The notes beneath the pieces were generated by a model. It saw only the letters and a list, made by a program, of their open reading frames with translations. It searched no databases and was not told the origin of the DNA. Made by a program: the position numbers and the translations under genes. From contig CM060734.1 of assembly GCA_030704615.1 (NCBI GenBank), forward strand, positions 48,918,001 through 48,982,000: a stretch of 64,000 bases of DNA, given 5' to 3'. This DNA is from Takakia lepidozioides. Lineage: Eukaryota > Plantae > Bryophyta. Positions 35,001 to 47,741 of the stretch are shown in pieces. The first letter of the stretch is position 1, and each line of letters opens with the position of its first letter.

Positions 35001-38000
35001 TATCATTTACTGCTCTTCTTGTCTGTAATAAATTTCACGTGAATCTGGAAAAATGATGTGTTGTTTGGCCAGTCTTGGAATGCAGGATTCATGGACCCCT
35101 CTGAAGGTGTTAGCCATTGCGAGCCTTATAAACTTGTCTGGAGATATTCTGCTATGTACTGTTCTCGGATATGGTATTGCTGGTGCTGCATGGGCAACCA
35201 TGGCCTCCCAGGTGTGCCATCCACCTCTCTCGTTGACACTCAGGGAATCAATCTCAAATAACTAGAAGTCAACATGGTCCCTTCATGGTCACGTCTTGAC
35301 CAGGAAAAATTGGTGATATGTAGCATCAGATTCCCAACATCTGGATATTTCACTTTACCCCTCATGAGCACAATAGGCCAACCCTGATAGCTTTCTCTTA
35401 CAAAGGAGTTATCTTTACTTCACTTAAGCACTTGGGGTCCATGGCCCCATGGCCTCCATAGATTACCGACCATCTAACATTGGTAATTGACAAACCAAGG
35501 TCTTGTGTAGGTTTTCATAAGGGCAATCCTGGCGATGTCAAGTTCTTGATTGGTGAGTGTCTGACCCAGAGCCAAATATGTGTTGATGAGGCTTAAGCAT
35601 TCTTGCTGTCAATTCTTACGTTGGGCAAGCTGCTCGGAGGCTTCTAAATGGTAGGCCTGTTACAGTATGTGACAGGATTCTTGATGCTTCAATCATTGAA
35701 TGGGAAAGGCTACAATGCATTGGCTATGACAGCTCCTTCTTTGAAGGAGCTTGCACATATGGTGGAGCTGGCGGCTCCTGTTCTTCTAACGATGCTGTCA
35801 AAGGTAACCATTTACGTCAAGTAAATGTTTGGTTGCGAAAAACATGATGTCTTCTTGCAATGATGTGGGCACTGTACGATGGGTTTTTCCGTCTCCTGCT
35901 TAGTATAGGATTCATGGTGCAAGTTTCAACCAGCTGCTGATAGCATGGCACCTTAGACATTGGATATCTGTCTTTTCTTGAGTGCAGGTGATGTTCTATA
36001 CTCTGATCACATATTTGGCAACATCGTTGGGAGCTGTCACTCTAGCAGCTCATCAGGTACATGCTGGAAGCTGCATCTGGTTGAAAGATACAGCATTGTA
36101 ACTTTGTGAGTTGCAAATATTGGAGGTTATTTGAGAACTATATACACTTCATAACATCCATCACTTACCGTACGTGTAAAAGGGAGGGACAGTTGCTTAG
36201 GGATGGGAACTTTCGGCTGCTTTCATCGGAAGTCAATAGTTGTATGAGGTGTTCAAGGATGTGGCAATGGTGGCATGCAGGTGATGATAGGGATCTACAG
36301 TCTGTGCACTGTATGTGGAGAACCCCTAGCGCAGACTGCACAGTCTTTCATGCCTGCCCTCATACACGGTTCTCAACGCAACTTGAAGCAGGTACACCAT
36401 CCTTCTCTCAGATGCCTATCTGTCACCTGGAATGAGCCATCCGTATTAGTGCCCTCCCCCTCCTTCCGTCCAATTCACTCCTTACACCTCTGTAAAAGCA
36501 GGTTCCAGGACAGCTAATGAGTACCTAATCTCTCTCTGACTTGAGGTCTCTTTGGATCGTTTAGGGAGCTTGCTAATGTGAGATTTCTATTATGGCTTTT
36601 TATACGCTCTGTTGTATGGCTATCACAGGCACATATGCTGCTGCGATCATTAATGCTCATGGGAGCAATGGTTGGATTGACGCTAGGGTGCATGGCGATA
36701 TCAATACCATGGGTTTTCCCTCAAATCTTCACGGGTGACCCTGCTATTATTAGTCAGGTGCAATCTACTCCAGTTTCCCTCTGGTTATTCTTCCTGTAGA
36801 GGGAGTTTCTTTCTGCTTTAATCACTTGGTACATGGAGTAGAGTTTCTATAACAAGTGACACCTGTCTTGTCCAGGAGGTTTCAAACTTCCTAGCATATC
36901 TTTCTTATGGGAGCGTGGGCCTGCAATGCTGATGATTTGTTTTAATCACTGAATAACATGTTTCTGGAATTCCTTGCAGATGCGGATGGTGACGGTGCCA
37001 TTTCTTTGTAGCTTGATGATAACTCCGCCTACTCTTTCTCTGGAGGGAACTCTGCTGGTCTCTCTCTCTCTTTTCCTTGTGGCTGAGTTCTTTGTAACAA
37101 CACTCAAGAATTCCCTGATCCCTCTGGGTCTCTCTCTATCCTTGAATGGTCACAAGGCTACGGCAAACAACGTCTTATGAGTACAATCTATCCTTGAATA
37201 GGAACCCCAGGCCCTTTTGGGGTCTAGTTATTGGGCAAAGCACACACAGCAGATTGATGCTTGTGTGAAGGGATTTCTAGAGAATATCTGGAAAACTTGG
37301 ATTAATTGTTTGTTTCAAGGTAAGTCATACTACCAGCGTCAGCCCCTGACAAAGGTAGTTTCTGTCTCTTTGTTTCCACTCAAACTGGGCGCGGGGTCTA
37401 TGGCCACAAGGCTACGACAAACAACGTCTTATAAGTACATTCTATTCTTGAATACGGCTAATTCCACCCCGGGTTTACTCAATCCTGTCATGGTGTTGAG
37501 AAATTGCATTTTGAGCTACTCGTACATCTATGTTTGTAAGGTATGACCATGAAGGTTCCTAGTGAACGAACATGACATTTGATGGCATACTAATCCATTA
37601 TATCTTGTGCTAGGCCCTGTAGCAGCAGCATACTGGAGTATGTGTACACCTTCTACATGGTCCAGTCAATGTACATTGCTGTCTTGGCTGGTCTACTGTA
37701 ACCAATGCCTTGTGTCAAAATTGGGAAACCTGAAAATGAGAGACTTGAGGATTTCTCTCTCTCTGTCTGGTTTATTCTCCCTGCTCTCTAGGAAGCCTAT
37801 TGCCATTGGGTGGACTTGATATGGGAGTAGATAAATGTCTCTGTGACTAAATGCCGGCCTTTTGACCTAGTGTCTTTGTTTGTTTTGACCTAAAGCACTG
37901 TGCTTCAGGTAAGGTAGTGCATTGGATTTACTTGGAGAGTTTGGGACCGCTCCCTCTTTAGAATATGTCTACGCTGGCCATTCCCTGCAGCTTCTTATGA

Positions 38001-39286
38001 GGACATTTTCTCTCTCTCTTCTGCCCAAGGACTAGGTCAATCTTAAGTCAATGTCTTTTTCCATGTCTTTGTGATTGATTCTCTTCGACTGAAAGTGTAT
38101 TATCCCTGGCCTTCCAAAGCAGACCGGGTGACTAATCTCAAAGTTGAATTATGCAGGCTGGTAGGGACTTGAAATTCTTAGGATTCAGCATGGCATCTTG
38201 CTTTTGTGGTGGAAGTGTCCTCCTACTGGTATGTGTACTATTCCATTCTCACACCCTTTGTATAGACCATATGCAGGCCTTGACATTGAATGCTACATAT
38301 CTTTTTGCAAGACCAGCAAGTGGGCTTACGATGGTGATCATAGTTATGTCGGATGTCCTTCCATATAGATCTCATTTCGTTTTCCTGTTAGCTAGTGTAC
38401 AATATAGGCTGGTATGGCTGTAAAAAGGTTTGTTCAAGGATTCAAAGCTATAATCTCTTAAGATGTGAAGGCAGAATACATTGATTCTCACATCCAATGT
38501 TTGGAAGGCACTGACACTGGTAATCAAACTGGTAGAATTGCCTGTCAAAACACAGCAGCCATCAGGAACTACTGTACGATATGGTGTAAATTGTCAACAA
38601 TTGTTCCTTATAGTGGCACGTTTGTATTGGGTTAAGTAGTAATGTGACTTATAGCTTGGTTTCTTGTGTGATCGTGGATGTGTAGATGTTCAACAGGCTT
38701 GGCTTTGGCCTATACGGAAGTTGGTGGACGCTGGCTGTATTTCAATGGGTAAATATTTACATATGCTCCAGTATTGTCTTGAGAACTTCTTGGTTCCATT
38801 GTTGCAGAGTGTCGTAGGTTGAAGCGATGCGCCGTGCTGTGTAAGCCTTGACAAACCAAGTTTGTACTTTGATTGATCATCATATTCGTGTGTCTGAATG
38901 TAGTAAGAGGAATTTAACATTGACCCTTGAGGTCTGGTGGGAGGTTCTGTGTGTCCGAGACTTAAACACACAGGTGTTCCTTGGTCTTAGTTTCACTCTC
39001 CTTACTCACTGGAGGACTTGGTACAAGGTGCACACACTTGTTACATGGAAGCTTTTTGTTTGAGCACATAAGTGGGCCAACGGGTAAAAGGTTGTCCCTC
39101 ATAGTGGGAGAGTGATTTTGTCAGTTAAAGCAGACATGAGAGGAGGATGGAGACTCGAGGTCTTGACATAATTCTTTGGTGGCATGGCAGACACGCTTTA
39201 TGCAGTCATATTTCCGCCTGGCATCTCCACAGAGCTTCCTGGCTGATCCTGACACAGATTCTGCTTTTCATTTGAAAGTAGCATGA
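32052..39286 (+). CDS. Plastid MATE/DETOXIFICATION transporter (DTX46/47, EDS5-like), about 14 exons
   Basis: Approximate exons: 32052-33036 ([28 protein letters not shown]), 33675-33769, 33985-34093, 34311-34366, 34649-34706, 35073-35211, 35665-35803, 35988-36056, 36280-36391, 36629-36757, 36980-37057, 38157-38228, 38686-38748, 39191-39286. GT-AG introns; long N-terminal extension. Confidence 0.9.
37379..37441 (+). repeat. Unnamed ~62-nt dispersed repeat (best-preserved of 6 copies)
   Basis: Consensus CCCAAACTGGGCGCGGGGTCTATGGCCACAAGGCTACGGCAAACAACGTCTTATGAGTACATT. Other copies at ~1211-1268(-), 12978-13035(+), 24617-24660(-), 34906-34945(+), 37146-37186(+). Confidence 0.9.
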
Positions 39287-39802
39287 TGGAGGAGTGCACA
39301 GTGCTCAGGCTGCTGTTAGCTAGTCATCGGCTTAGTGTGATTGTATTATTGCCAAGGTTGACTGCAGTTGGTGCATCCAGATCAATGGGTGTTGTAGAGT
39401 TGCCTTACACGAGCCATGGATCCATTTGGGCTTGCCTCCCTGCCCTGTCTTAGTGGTTGGCATTTAAAAGGGATCCAGAATATATACTGCCACAATCTTG
39501 AAATTGCGACATAATTGGTGGACCACTAACACTTGCAAAAGGCTGATAGTCAATCCTTCTCATCTGTTGGAAGCTCCACGGCCAAATTATGTGCAGTTTG
39601 ATGTTATTAATTGCCAAAACGCACCTGATATTCATTTGAGGCCCTTCTGCAGATTGAATATCCAGTGCCAGTGATGCATTGAGGTTGAATCGTTGAATCT
39701 CTGTTGCTTGACAACCGTGACTACATATATGACTACATGCAGATGAAACGCATTGTTCGGAAAAAATTATCATATTACTACATGACTCCGGACATGTAGG
39801 AT

Positions 39803-39925
39803 CATGATGACATGGATGGTGTATATGACAAGTAGTCATATGTACCATGATGATTTGGATGGTTTATATGACTGGTAGTCATATGTACATGATGACATGA
39901 ATGGTTTAAATGACTGGTAGTCATC
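39803..39925 (+). repeat. ~43-bp minisatellite, 3 units
   Basis: ATGATGACATGGATGGTTTATATGACTGGTAGTCATATGTAC-like units. Confidence 0.75.
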
Positions 39926-40249
39926 TGTATTACTACAAGTGGATGTTGTGCCATACCAACTTATGACTATGCGAGTGCAAATGGTTTCACAACTATATTT
40001 ACGTTACTATGTCATTACACGTGTCATTTTGAAAGTATATGTGTGAATGGGTTCATCCATTACATGAGTATATTCATCCACCTTCAGCCACTGTCTGAGA
40101 GGGCGAGAGGGACTGAGCGAGAGTAGAGGGAATAAGCACACATGTGAGCCTCCCTTGTCATGTTTGAGGTGTCGATTGCCTATTGGTTTGATATCATAAC
40201 CTTTGAAGCAGTTTGCACTCAGCACTAATAAGCAAGAGTCAGAGACTAA

Positions 40250-40972
40250 GAGTTTACCTAGCTTCTTAGGCACTTCCGCACCTAATAATTAAATAAAAAT
40301 AGAATATTATTAGGCAGATGCGTTTTTATTATTTAGGCACCTCACCTAGGTCATTTCCAAACATTAGGCATGTATTATAGTCGACCCTGGATAAATGTTA
40401 TCTGCTTGTTTGTTATCACACCCTTAATGTTATGAAAACTTTGCTATGTAAGAACATACACTTGAAAATGGCATGGCTAGACGTTATTTGATATGTGTTA
40501 TGAAAATATGGCTCTCCTCTTTGTTAGCACACCTCCATAGTTGTTAGATCTTATGTTGAGCCTTTAATATAGTTGGTTTGAGAAAACATTCATCCACTCT
40601 TATCAAGCATGTGCAGTTCTTATGCAAAGGCACCATGTCCCTAACAAAATAACACAATGAACAATTGTTTTTTACCTCCCTCAAAAACTATTGTTGAGGT
40701 AATTTTCTTTAAAAAAAATAATAGTTTTGAAAATAGATATTATCTCAACAATAGTTGTAGGTATTTTTGCATTTTTTTGGACTTTAAATAATACAATTTA
40801 GGCATTTTTTCACATATTTGGACATTTTGGTATTTTTCATAATTTTCAAGCAATTAGGCACTTCTCAGGAATTTTTTTTCCAACTTTTAGGCGCATTTTC
40901 CAAGAATGGTCTAAATTTAATTAGACACTTGATTTTGAATTAATTATTGCCTAATAAGCTAGGTAAGTACGG
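40250..40972. mobile_element. AT-rich MITE (possibly Tc1/mariner-like)
   Basis: Inverted ends TTACCTAGCTTCTTAGGCA / TGCCTAATAAGCTAGGTAA and repeated TTAGGCA motifs. Exact termini uncertain. Confidence 0.55.
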
Positions 40973-41849
40973 TAGTTTGCAATGGAGAACTTAGTGCATG
41001 CCAATTTTGCAGAGAACCTAATGGACGACACGCCCGTTTTGGGTCGCATAAAAAATAAGAAATCGATTGGCAAATCGTTGGATGACCTCGGATGAAACAA
41101 CTTTCTGAATGGAAGTTGTGCGCCGTGACGTCATGCACCTGCTTGTCTTTACGGCACTACAAAATAATAAAATCACTGCCGTCAGTAATTTTCTTAGTGT
41201 GCGGGGTACCCAATTCAGGGCCCTTCCAGCAGCTTTGACCTACCGACGTGGCCCGATATGGGTGGCTGTACCAATAAAAATTCATTTTGCATGTAGATAG
41301 GTTAGAAAATTCATCTATGTATGTAGATAGGTTAGAATGCTTCCAAACTTTTTGTGGTAGTGAGTTTTCACGCAAGGAACAATATGACCAGAGGAATATG
41401 AAAATTTGAACACATTTGAGGCAGATTTGGGGTCAATTGTAATGGATGGTCTTTTTGACCTACCAATTTTCCCATACAAAGCAACCCTCATGTGGTTTTG
41501 GAATTTTGGCCCAAGGTGCTATACATGCCAGGCAATTAGAATGTGGGTATGCTGTTTCAATGAAAATTCATTTTGCCAGGCCAATTGCTTGGTCAAACCA
41601 CTTTTTTACTCCAAATCTAGAGCACAGTAAAAATTTACAGCTTGCATTTTTGTTATAATCTTCGTAATGACATGGTGAAATCATTCCTGAAGTAGGTAGG
41701 ATTATTTTCATACGGTGCATCCCCCTGGATGTTTGTCAAATGTCATATATGCCCTCCAACATGAGGGCATGTTCCGTTTTGGAATGGGCCCACCAAAAAA
41801 GGGCTCGTCCTTTAGGGGTCCTTTGGGGGTCAATAGTGTGATGACGATG

Positions 41850-42150
41850 GGAACGGAGTGTTCAGTAGTATGGCCGAACTCTTCAGCTTGGTGTCTTGGA
41901 AGATGATCGCAGGATATTTCCCAGCGTGGTCGTCATCACAGGGAGCCCTTGCACAGTGTTGAAGGGATTCGGAATACCAGCCTGGTGGACATAATGTAAT
42001 ATGCTAAACATGGAAGAATCGAGGATGCCATGGGAGTATTCGGTAGGATGGCCGAACGAGATGTCACTGGTGTCTTGGAATGCGATGATCGCAGGATCGT
42101 GCCAAGCAATGCGAGAAGGCAGAGGACCTCATCAATAACACGCCAATGAC
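41850..42150 (+). pseudogene. Highly decayed PLS-PPR fragments
   Basis: VSW..MIAG, LVD..YAKHGRIEDAMGVFGRMAERDV and VSWNAMIAG in broken frames. Confidence 0.7.
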
Positions 42151-42679
42151 CTGAACATGATAGTGTGTGAAGAACTGTAATAAAACATGTGCATTACATT
42201 TCACATACAGAAATACTTTGAATATCCCATCAAGGTGCGTGTCACTGTTCTTTATTTGCTGAGGAATGCCAAAACGTGTTGCACCAGCTTATATGGCATG
42301 CCTTGACGTTAATTTGCAGAGAACAAAGATGCAAATGGGCGTTCAAGTCTTACTTACTGACCCACGGGATAAATTTAAAAAAAAACGACCGCCAGCGGCC
42401 GCTCTATTTAAAAAAAATGACCGCCAATAATGGCGGTCGTTCTATATTATATTCGAAGCCGGTGAGTGTGGCTAACTTCTTTATATGTAGTATGAAAATG
42501 CTATGATTATGTCCAGGGTCTCATTCACAAATGCTTTCACTACGAGGCCAATCCTACACCTCCAATGGAGGTGCTTGCCTGTCCGTGTTATATAATGATA
42601 ATTATGAGTACCCGCTTGTCCAAATGCAGGTATTTGGCCCACAGTCTCAGCAAAGAGACTTGTAAGATCAAGCTGTTGT

Positions 42680-43715
42680 TCCTATTGTTGAAGGCTTTAA
42701 TTGCACCATATTTGCCTGTGGGCAGACAGGCACGGGGAAGACTTATACAATGGAAGGTACAGGAAGGAAGACGAAGGTACACCTTGGCTGGGATCCGAAC
42801 CTACATCTTGCTTGTTTGATCTAAAGAACTTGGGCATGACTCTGGTGTTGTTGTTTTCCTTATCAGTGTCTCCAGATGCTAATTATTTGCAAGCAGCTTA
42901 CTTCTTTGTCCAGTGTATGCCTGGACGTGCTAATCCTGGGATCCCCATGATTGTAGATGCTCATACACCTATATACTACTGTGCCGAAGCGGTAATTTGT
43001 TTTGACCAGAAGTCTTGCATTTTCTTACAGAATGGAGGACTTCATATATCGAGTTTTTGTCTTGCACTCTAGATTGCGATGATTTCTCAGGATTGCTGAA
43101 TTAGGTACCCTTGCTGCAGTTGTAGTGATACTTAATGACTCTATATTTTCATTACTATCCATATCAAAGAGGCTACTCCTGAACGGGAAGAACTTGTGAA
43201 GTGTGGCAAACTCAATCTCGTGGATCTGGCTGGGTCCGAAAATATCTCCCGCTCTGAGCTAGGGAGGTACATATGCCATCAACTGTGGACTATTGCTGAT
43301 ATAGCTTTCACTTGGGCATTGTGACTGAAAACACATGGTTGAGTATGCATGCACATCTGTACATACATCAATTTAACTTGTTCAACAGGGGCGGGCAAGG
43401 GAAGCAGGCGAAATCAACAAGAGCCTACTAACACCAAGGCGTGTCATCACAGCCCTTGTGGAACACCTGGGGCATGTACCCTACAGGTAAGCCAATCGCC
43501 CTCAACAATTGCAGAAAATTGACAAAATGCATTTTAATTCATCATCTGGGTTGGCAGCATAGCTTTGTGCTTGGGTATATCTTTATCACATTGTTACTTA
43601 CTGATGTCACCTTAAGAACTCCCAAGAGCATTTGACATCTAGTCAGTGGCAATTGATCTCAACAGGGACAGTAAGCTGACCAGATTATTGCGAGACTCCT
43701 TGGTGGGAGGACACA
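42680..43715 (+). pseudogene. Kinesin-5 (BimC-type) motor-domain fragments
   Basis: EGFNCTIFA(C)[13 protein letters not shown]; [28 protein letters not shown]; [30 protein letters not shown]; DSKLTRLLRDSL. Introns are retained, and stops, frameshifts and missing exons are present. Confidence 0.88.
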
Positions 43716-44489
43716 AGACTAGAAACAAGACTCAGTGTGCATCCGTCGCTCGAAATCCAATTAGGATTGCGCTCACAGATATTCCGACGTCATGAAAGCT
43801 CGAATTCGGCCTTATAGATTAAGGCGGAAGTGATGCGCCTTCTCAGAATGAAACTGCAAGCTGACAAGTCCATGCTCGAGACATTCACAACCCAAATTGG
43901 AGCGATTGAAAAGCGAAATAACAGTTCTAAGTGATTGGCATCAACATATGAGCTGCAGAAAGAATATTCAAGCCTCACTCAAGCATTAATAGTATCACTC
44001 CTTGGCCCTCGACTTGGAAATTGTACTGGAGTTCGTATTTCCTGTCATGACTGCAATCCAACAAAACTAGATCCAGATGGGTCAGGATCGTTTTAGCTGA
44101 CCTGTTCGTTCGGCTCTCGACGTCAGGCAGGATTGGTACTACATTGAATGCGATTATAACTTCGAACTTTGCACGCTACAGCAACCCGGCAAAGCGCTGA
44201 CTCTGCCGATGGCCTCAGCGGGGCCCATTCCCGAATCCCGAGTGTACGTGTTCCACATGCTACCTAGGTAGGGACTACCTAAAAGGCAATAATGATTTGC
44301 TCACAAACAAAAACATCCTTGTACAATTCACCAGAAACAAGTTTTGTTAACAAATGTTTTTACGAAGGATTTGTCATAAAATAATGACATCAAAATGTTA
44401 TTAAACACCCATATCCACAAAGAGGGCAATGGTGCAGTACATTTCCCTTGAGAGAACCACTTCACTAAAAATTTCAGATGCAGTGATTT

Positions 44490-45049
44490 CTATAGAACAA
44501 GGCAGACAACCCGCAAGCCTGCCAGAGCTGTCAACATCAGACCAATTGATGGCACAGTCGAAGGAGATGCCTTGGAGGGTGAAACGGACGGGGTTCCACT
44601 AGCAGAGATGGGAGTCCGAGTGGCCGAGGGAGCAGTCGAGGGACCACTGGATCCTTTCGGGGAACTTGGTGAAACAGAGGGCGCAGGAATGGGGTTCCGT
44701 TCAGCAAAGCGGTGCAGTCGCCTGGGTTGATCTGTAGCTTGCACAAGGAGGGAAGCATCAGCGCCAAGGTGGTGTTGATCCCAGAGTACGGAACTCCGTT
44801 GGAACCTCCGGCACCTCCAGGAGCAACCAACTCACACAAACACACAGGGCTGTGTGTCCACACGTCCTGAACAGCGGAGCAACATGCCTTGGAAGGCTCA
44901 CCTCCCAAAGTTCCCTCCACAAACGAGATGCATGGCACCAGCTGATCGAACTGGTTGGTGCAGTCCGGCAGAGGCGGGGCAGCACCCACACCACCAAAGC
45001 TCACCCCGCACACCACTGCTATGGCAATGGCCAAGCGCACTGTTGCCAT
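44490..45049 (-). CDS. GPI-anchored non-specific lipid transfer protein (LTPg), frameshifted as given
   Basis: Signal peptide and 8-cysteine motif (C..C..CC..CLC..C..C). The P/S/T-rich linker and hydrophobic GPI tail continue in another frame after the G4 run at 44691-44694. Confidence 0.82.
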
Positions 45050-47027
45050 CGCCCTGCACAACACCGTGCTGCTGGACTTCCTTCAAAATAGACACTGCCC
45101 TACTCGGCCCAACGTTAAGTTAGATATGGCGCTGCCGAGTAAGCTGTGTGTGATCAGAAAAACAGGCTCATGCGGACAGACACACACACTGCACGCTCAC
45201 TTGAATTTGTCAGTGTTCAATTGTATAATATATTTACATATATGTAAATTTTTTACTAATTACTAATGCCAATATGCAAAAACAAAAAAAATACAAATGC
45301 CAATATGTAAATCCAGGGCCTCTTTCCCCTGTTCTCAAAAAAACAGTAGTACAAAGTGACCCGTCACATGTGACACGTATACATTTCCTTTATTAAAAAG
45401 AGAAACAAAAGAAACATTATATTAATAATAACATTAATATGAGATTTTACATCATGAATTTTTACACCGGGCTTTCACTAGTTTCATCAGCCTCCATGGC
45501 ATGTCATGTGAGGTTACTTTTTCCTCAGAAATAAAATTGAAGGTCCCTCTCATACCTTTAATAAAAAATAAAAAATAATAAAGAAGATAGTGTGGAGGGA
45601 GATTTAATGGGAGGAGGAAATGTGGGAGGAGGAAATGGGAGGAGAGAGGGTGTAAAATTAGATTCTCCATTTCATTCTCCACTGAAAGAGGGAAAACTTC
45701 ACTTTCTTGGTTTCTCCCTGGGGCTCTTCAGCACTTGCAGCTGGTCGCAGGCAATGAAATAGATTAGAGTAGGTAACAAGTGTTGGTAGCCAGGTGATAA
45801 ACTTTGTAGTTTTAAATCTACTATTGGCACATCAGTATAATTTACTATTAGTGTGTCATACAAGTTGCAATGCATATCATATTATAAAATATGCCCTCCA
45901 CCAACAGTATGCAGGTGTTCTGAAGAAAGGGGGGCAGCCTTGCTCGCCAAATTTGACAGAATGGGCTTATTCTGGAATATTGTGCGAACGCAAGGGAGAC
46001 AGAGTTGAATGGTCATCTAGACCTCCTCTCGACTGGAGATTCACCTAGCTTCAGGGACTCCCCTGGGTTTCCTGATGACCGTGACATTAATTGGAGGCAT
46101 CGCAAAAATCGAGATTCTAAAGTTCGAGCGCATGTTGTTGTTTTTTTCTCTCTGAACGCCTTCCCCTTTACAAGCTTTGACTCTTCGGATTTTTGTGGCT
46201 TCAGTTTTCTGGCAGGTTAATTTGCATGCCAGTTTCTGGTCTGGGCAGTTTAGATCACTAGGTAGAGTCTCCCTGGCTTGTTTTATGCAGGTCTCTCTTG
46301 GCTGGGATCTTGCAATCTCCTCTTAGATGTTTCAGGTGCCCTTTAGGGGCTGGTTACATATGTTGATTCCAGGTCTCTTGTCTTTAGGACTACAGGACTC
46401 CCCTGGTCTCTGGTGTCTTTCATTAGTAGAAGGCACAATACTGATCCTTTCTTCAATTCAGCCCAAGGAGAGTTACGGTTGTGTGACAGAGAGGAAAAAA
46501 CACAGGTACTTTGAAACCTCCACGGAGATTTTGCAAATTTGAAACCTCCACAGAGGCCCTCAACAATAGAGCTCACATCTGCTGAAAGGCAGCGGCTTTA
46601 GCACTATCCCCAGCTTGAGGTACTGCCTAGGAACTCTGGCGATGCCACAGGTGTTTGGCCCCCAATCAGTGTGAGCAATCACGCAAACACCCGACTTAAT
46701 TGCAAAATTTGCCTTCAATTGGGAGTATTGCAAAGCTGTGTCTGCTGTGAGAGAGAAAGAGTCGAGAGAGAGAGAGGGAGAGAGGAGGGAACGAAATTAC
46801 AATCTGATCTCTGCAACTTATATACAATCATATCGAAATGAACTTGTTCATCAGACGTGCAGCGATCCTCTCGTACCCTTCAAACAGCAGTACGTTGACT
46901 TCTATTTGAAACTAATCTAATACATCCCTCTGTCTTTTCCCCTGGACTGCGAAATCCGTAAGCAAATGTACAAGCAAAACCAAATCTCCATCTCCAATAC
47001 GCCTACAAATGACAATTAAACCTCCTC

Positions 47028-47261
47028 TCAGCCTTTCGTACCCTCGCTCTTAGGTTCCTCGACCTGAGCAGCCTTCTGGCTGTCAACACCTCCCTCCCCA
47101 GCGCCATCTTTTGCATCCACGGAGGGATTCAATTCAGCTCTGCGATTCGGCCGCAGGAAGGGCAGAAACGCAATTTCATAAGCAGCCCAACTGAGTAGAA
47201 ACGCACTTCCGGCCACCAGCAGTGTCCCCAACACCCCCATCCCCGCAGCCTTGCCCGCCAT
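47028..47261 (-). CDS. OEP7: Chloroplast outer envelope membrane protein 7-like
   Basis: 77 aa, single TM ending WAAYEIAFLPFL (cf. Arabidopsis OEP7 WLAIEIAFKPFL), followed by a basic patch and an acidic tail. Confidence 0.78.
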   Translation of the reverse strand: MAGKAAGMGVLGTLLVAGSAFLLSWAAYEIAFLPFLRPNRRAELNPSVDAKDGAGEGGVDSQKAAQVEEPKSEGTKG

Positions 47262-47741
47262 CGCTCGCAATTCCCCTCCTTCTCCTTCTCTCTCTCTAGG
47301 GTTGCTTGCAGCTCTCACCTTCCTCTCTTTCCAGCGGGCAGCTTTTGAATAACTTATGCGAAGGAAAAAATAAATACTGTTGGGCAGCCTCGTAACGGAA
47401 ACCGTTAAGCCTCCGTTTCTACGCCATTACGTTAGGGTCCGTTACCGCATTAGGTCTTTAAATTTTAATAGGTCGGGGGCGATGCATCCGATGCATTTTG
47501 GCTCATTCATCCATGCATCACACGTGGTCCAGCGCATGCGCGGTGTATGTATCGTGGATGAAGAAGAATCTTCATCCATCCCGCGGCAATAGAACGGGAG
47601 TCTATGAGCGCGCATCGTCCTGCCCTGCCACGCTCTCTCTCTGTGAGTTTGTTTCGGAGAGTGCGAGAGAGTGTGAGAGGATTCGGAGGAGGTGAGGGAG
47701 AGGGAGTGAGGGATCAGGTGACGTCATTCGGGTTCGGGGCT

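Noticed and set aside
37379-37441. 62-nt repeat as a hammerhead or HDV ribozyme, or tRNA-derived SINE
   Set aside because: CTTATGA is not the CTGANGA core and no matching GAAA helix set was found. I could not build the HDV pseudoknot, and there are no A/B boxes.
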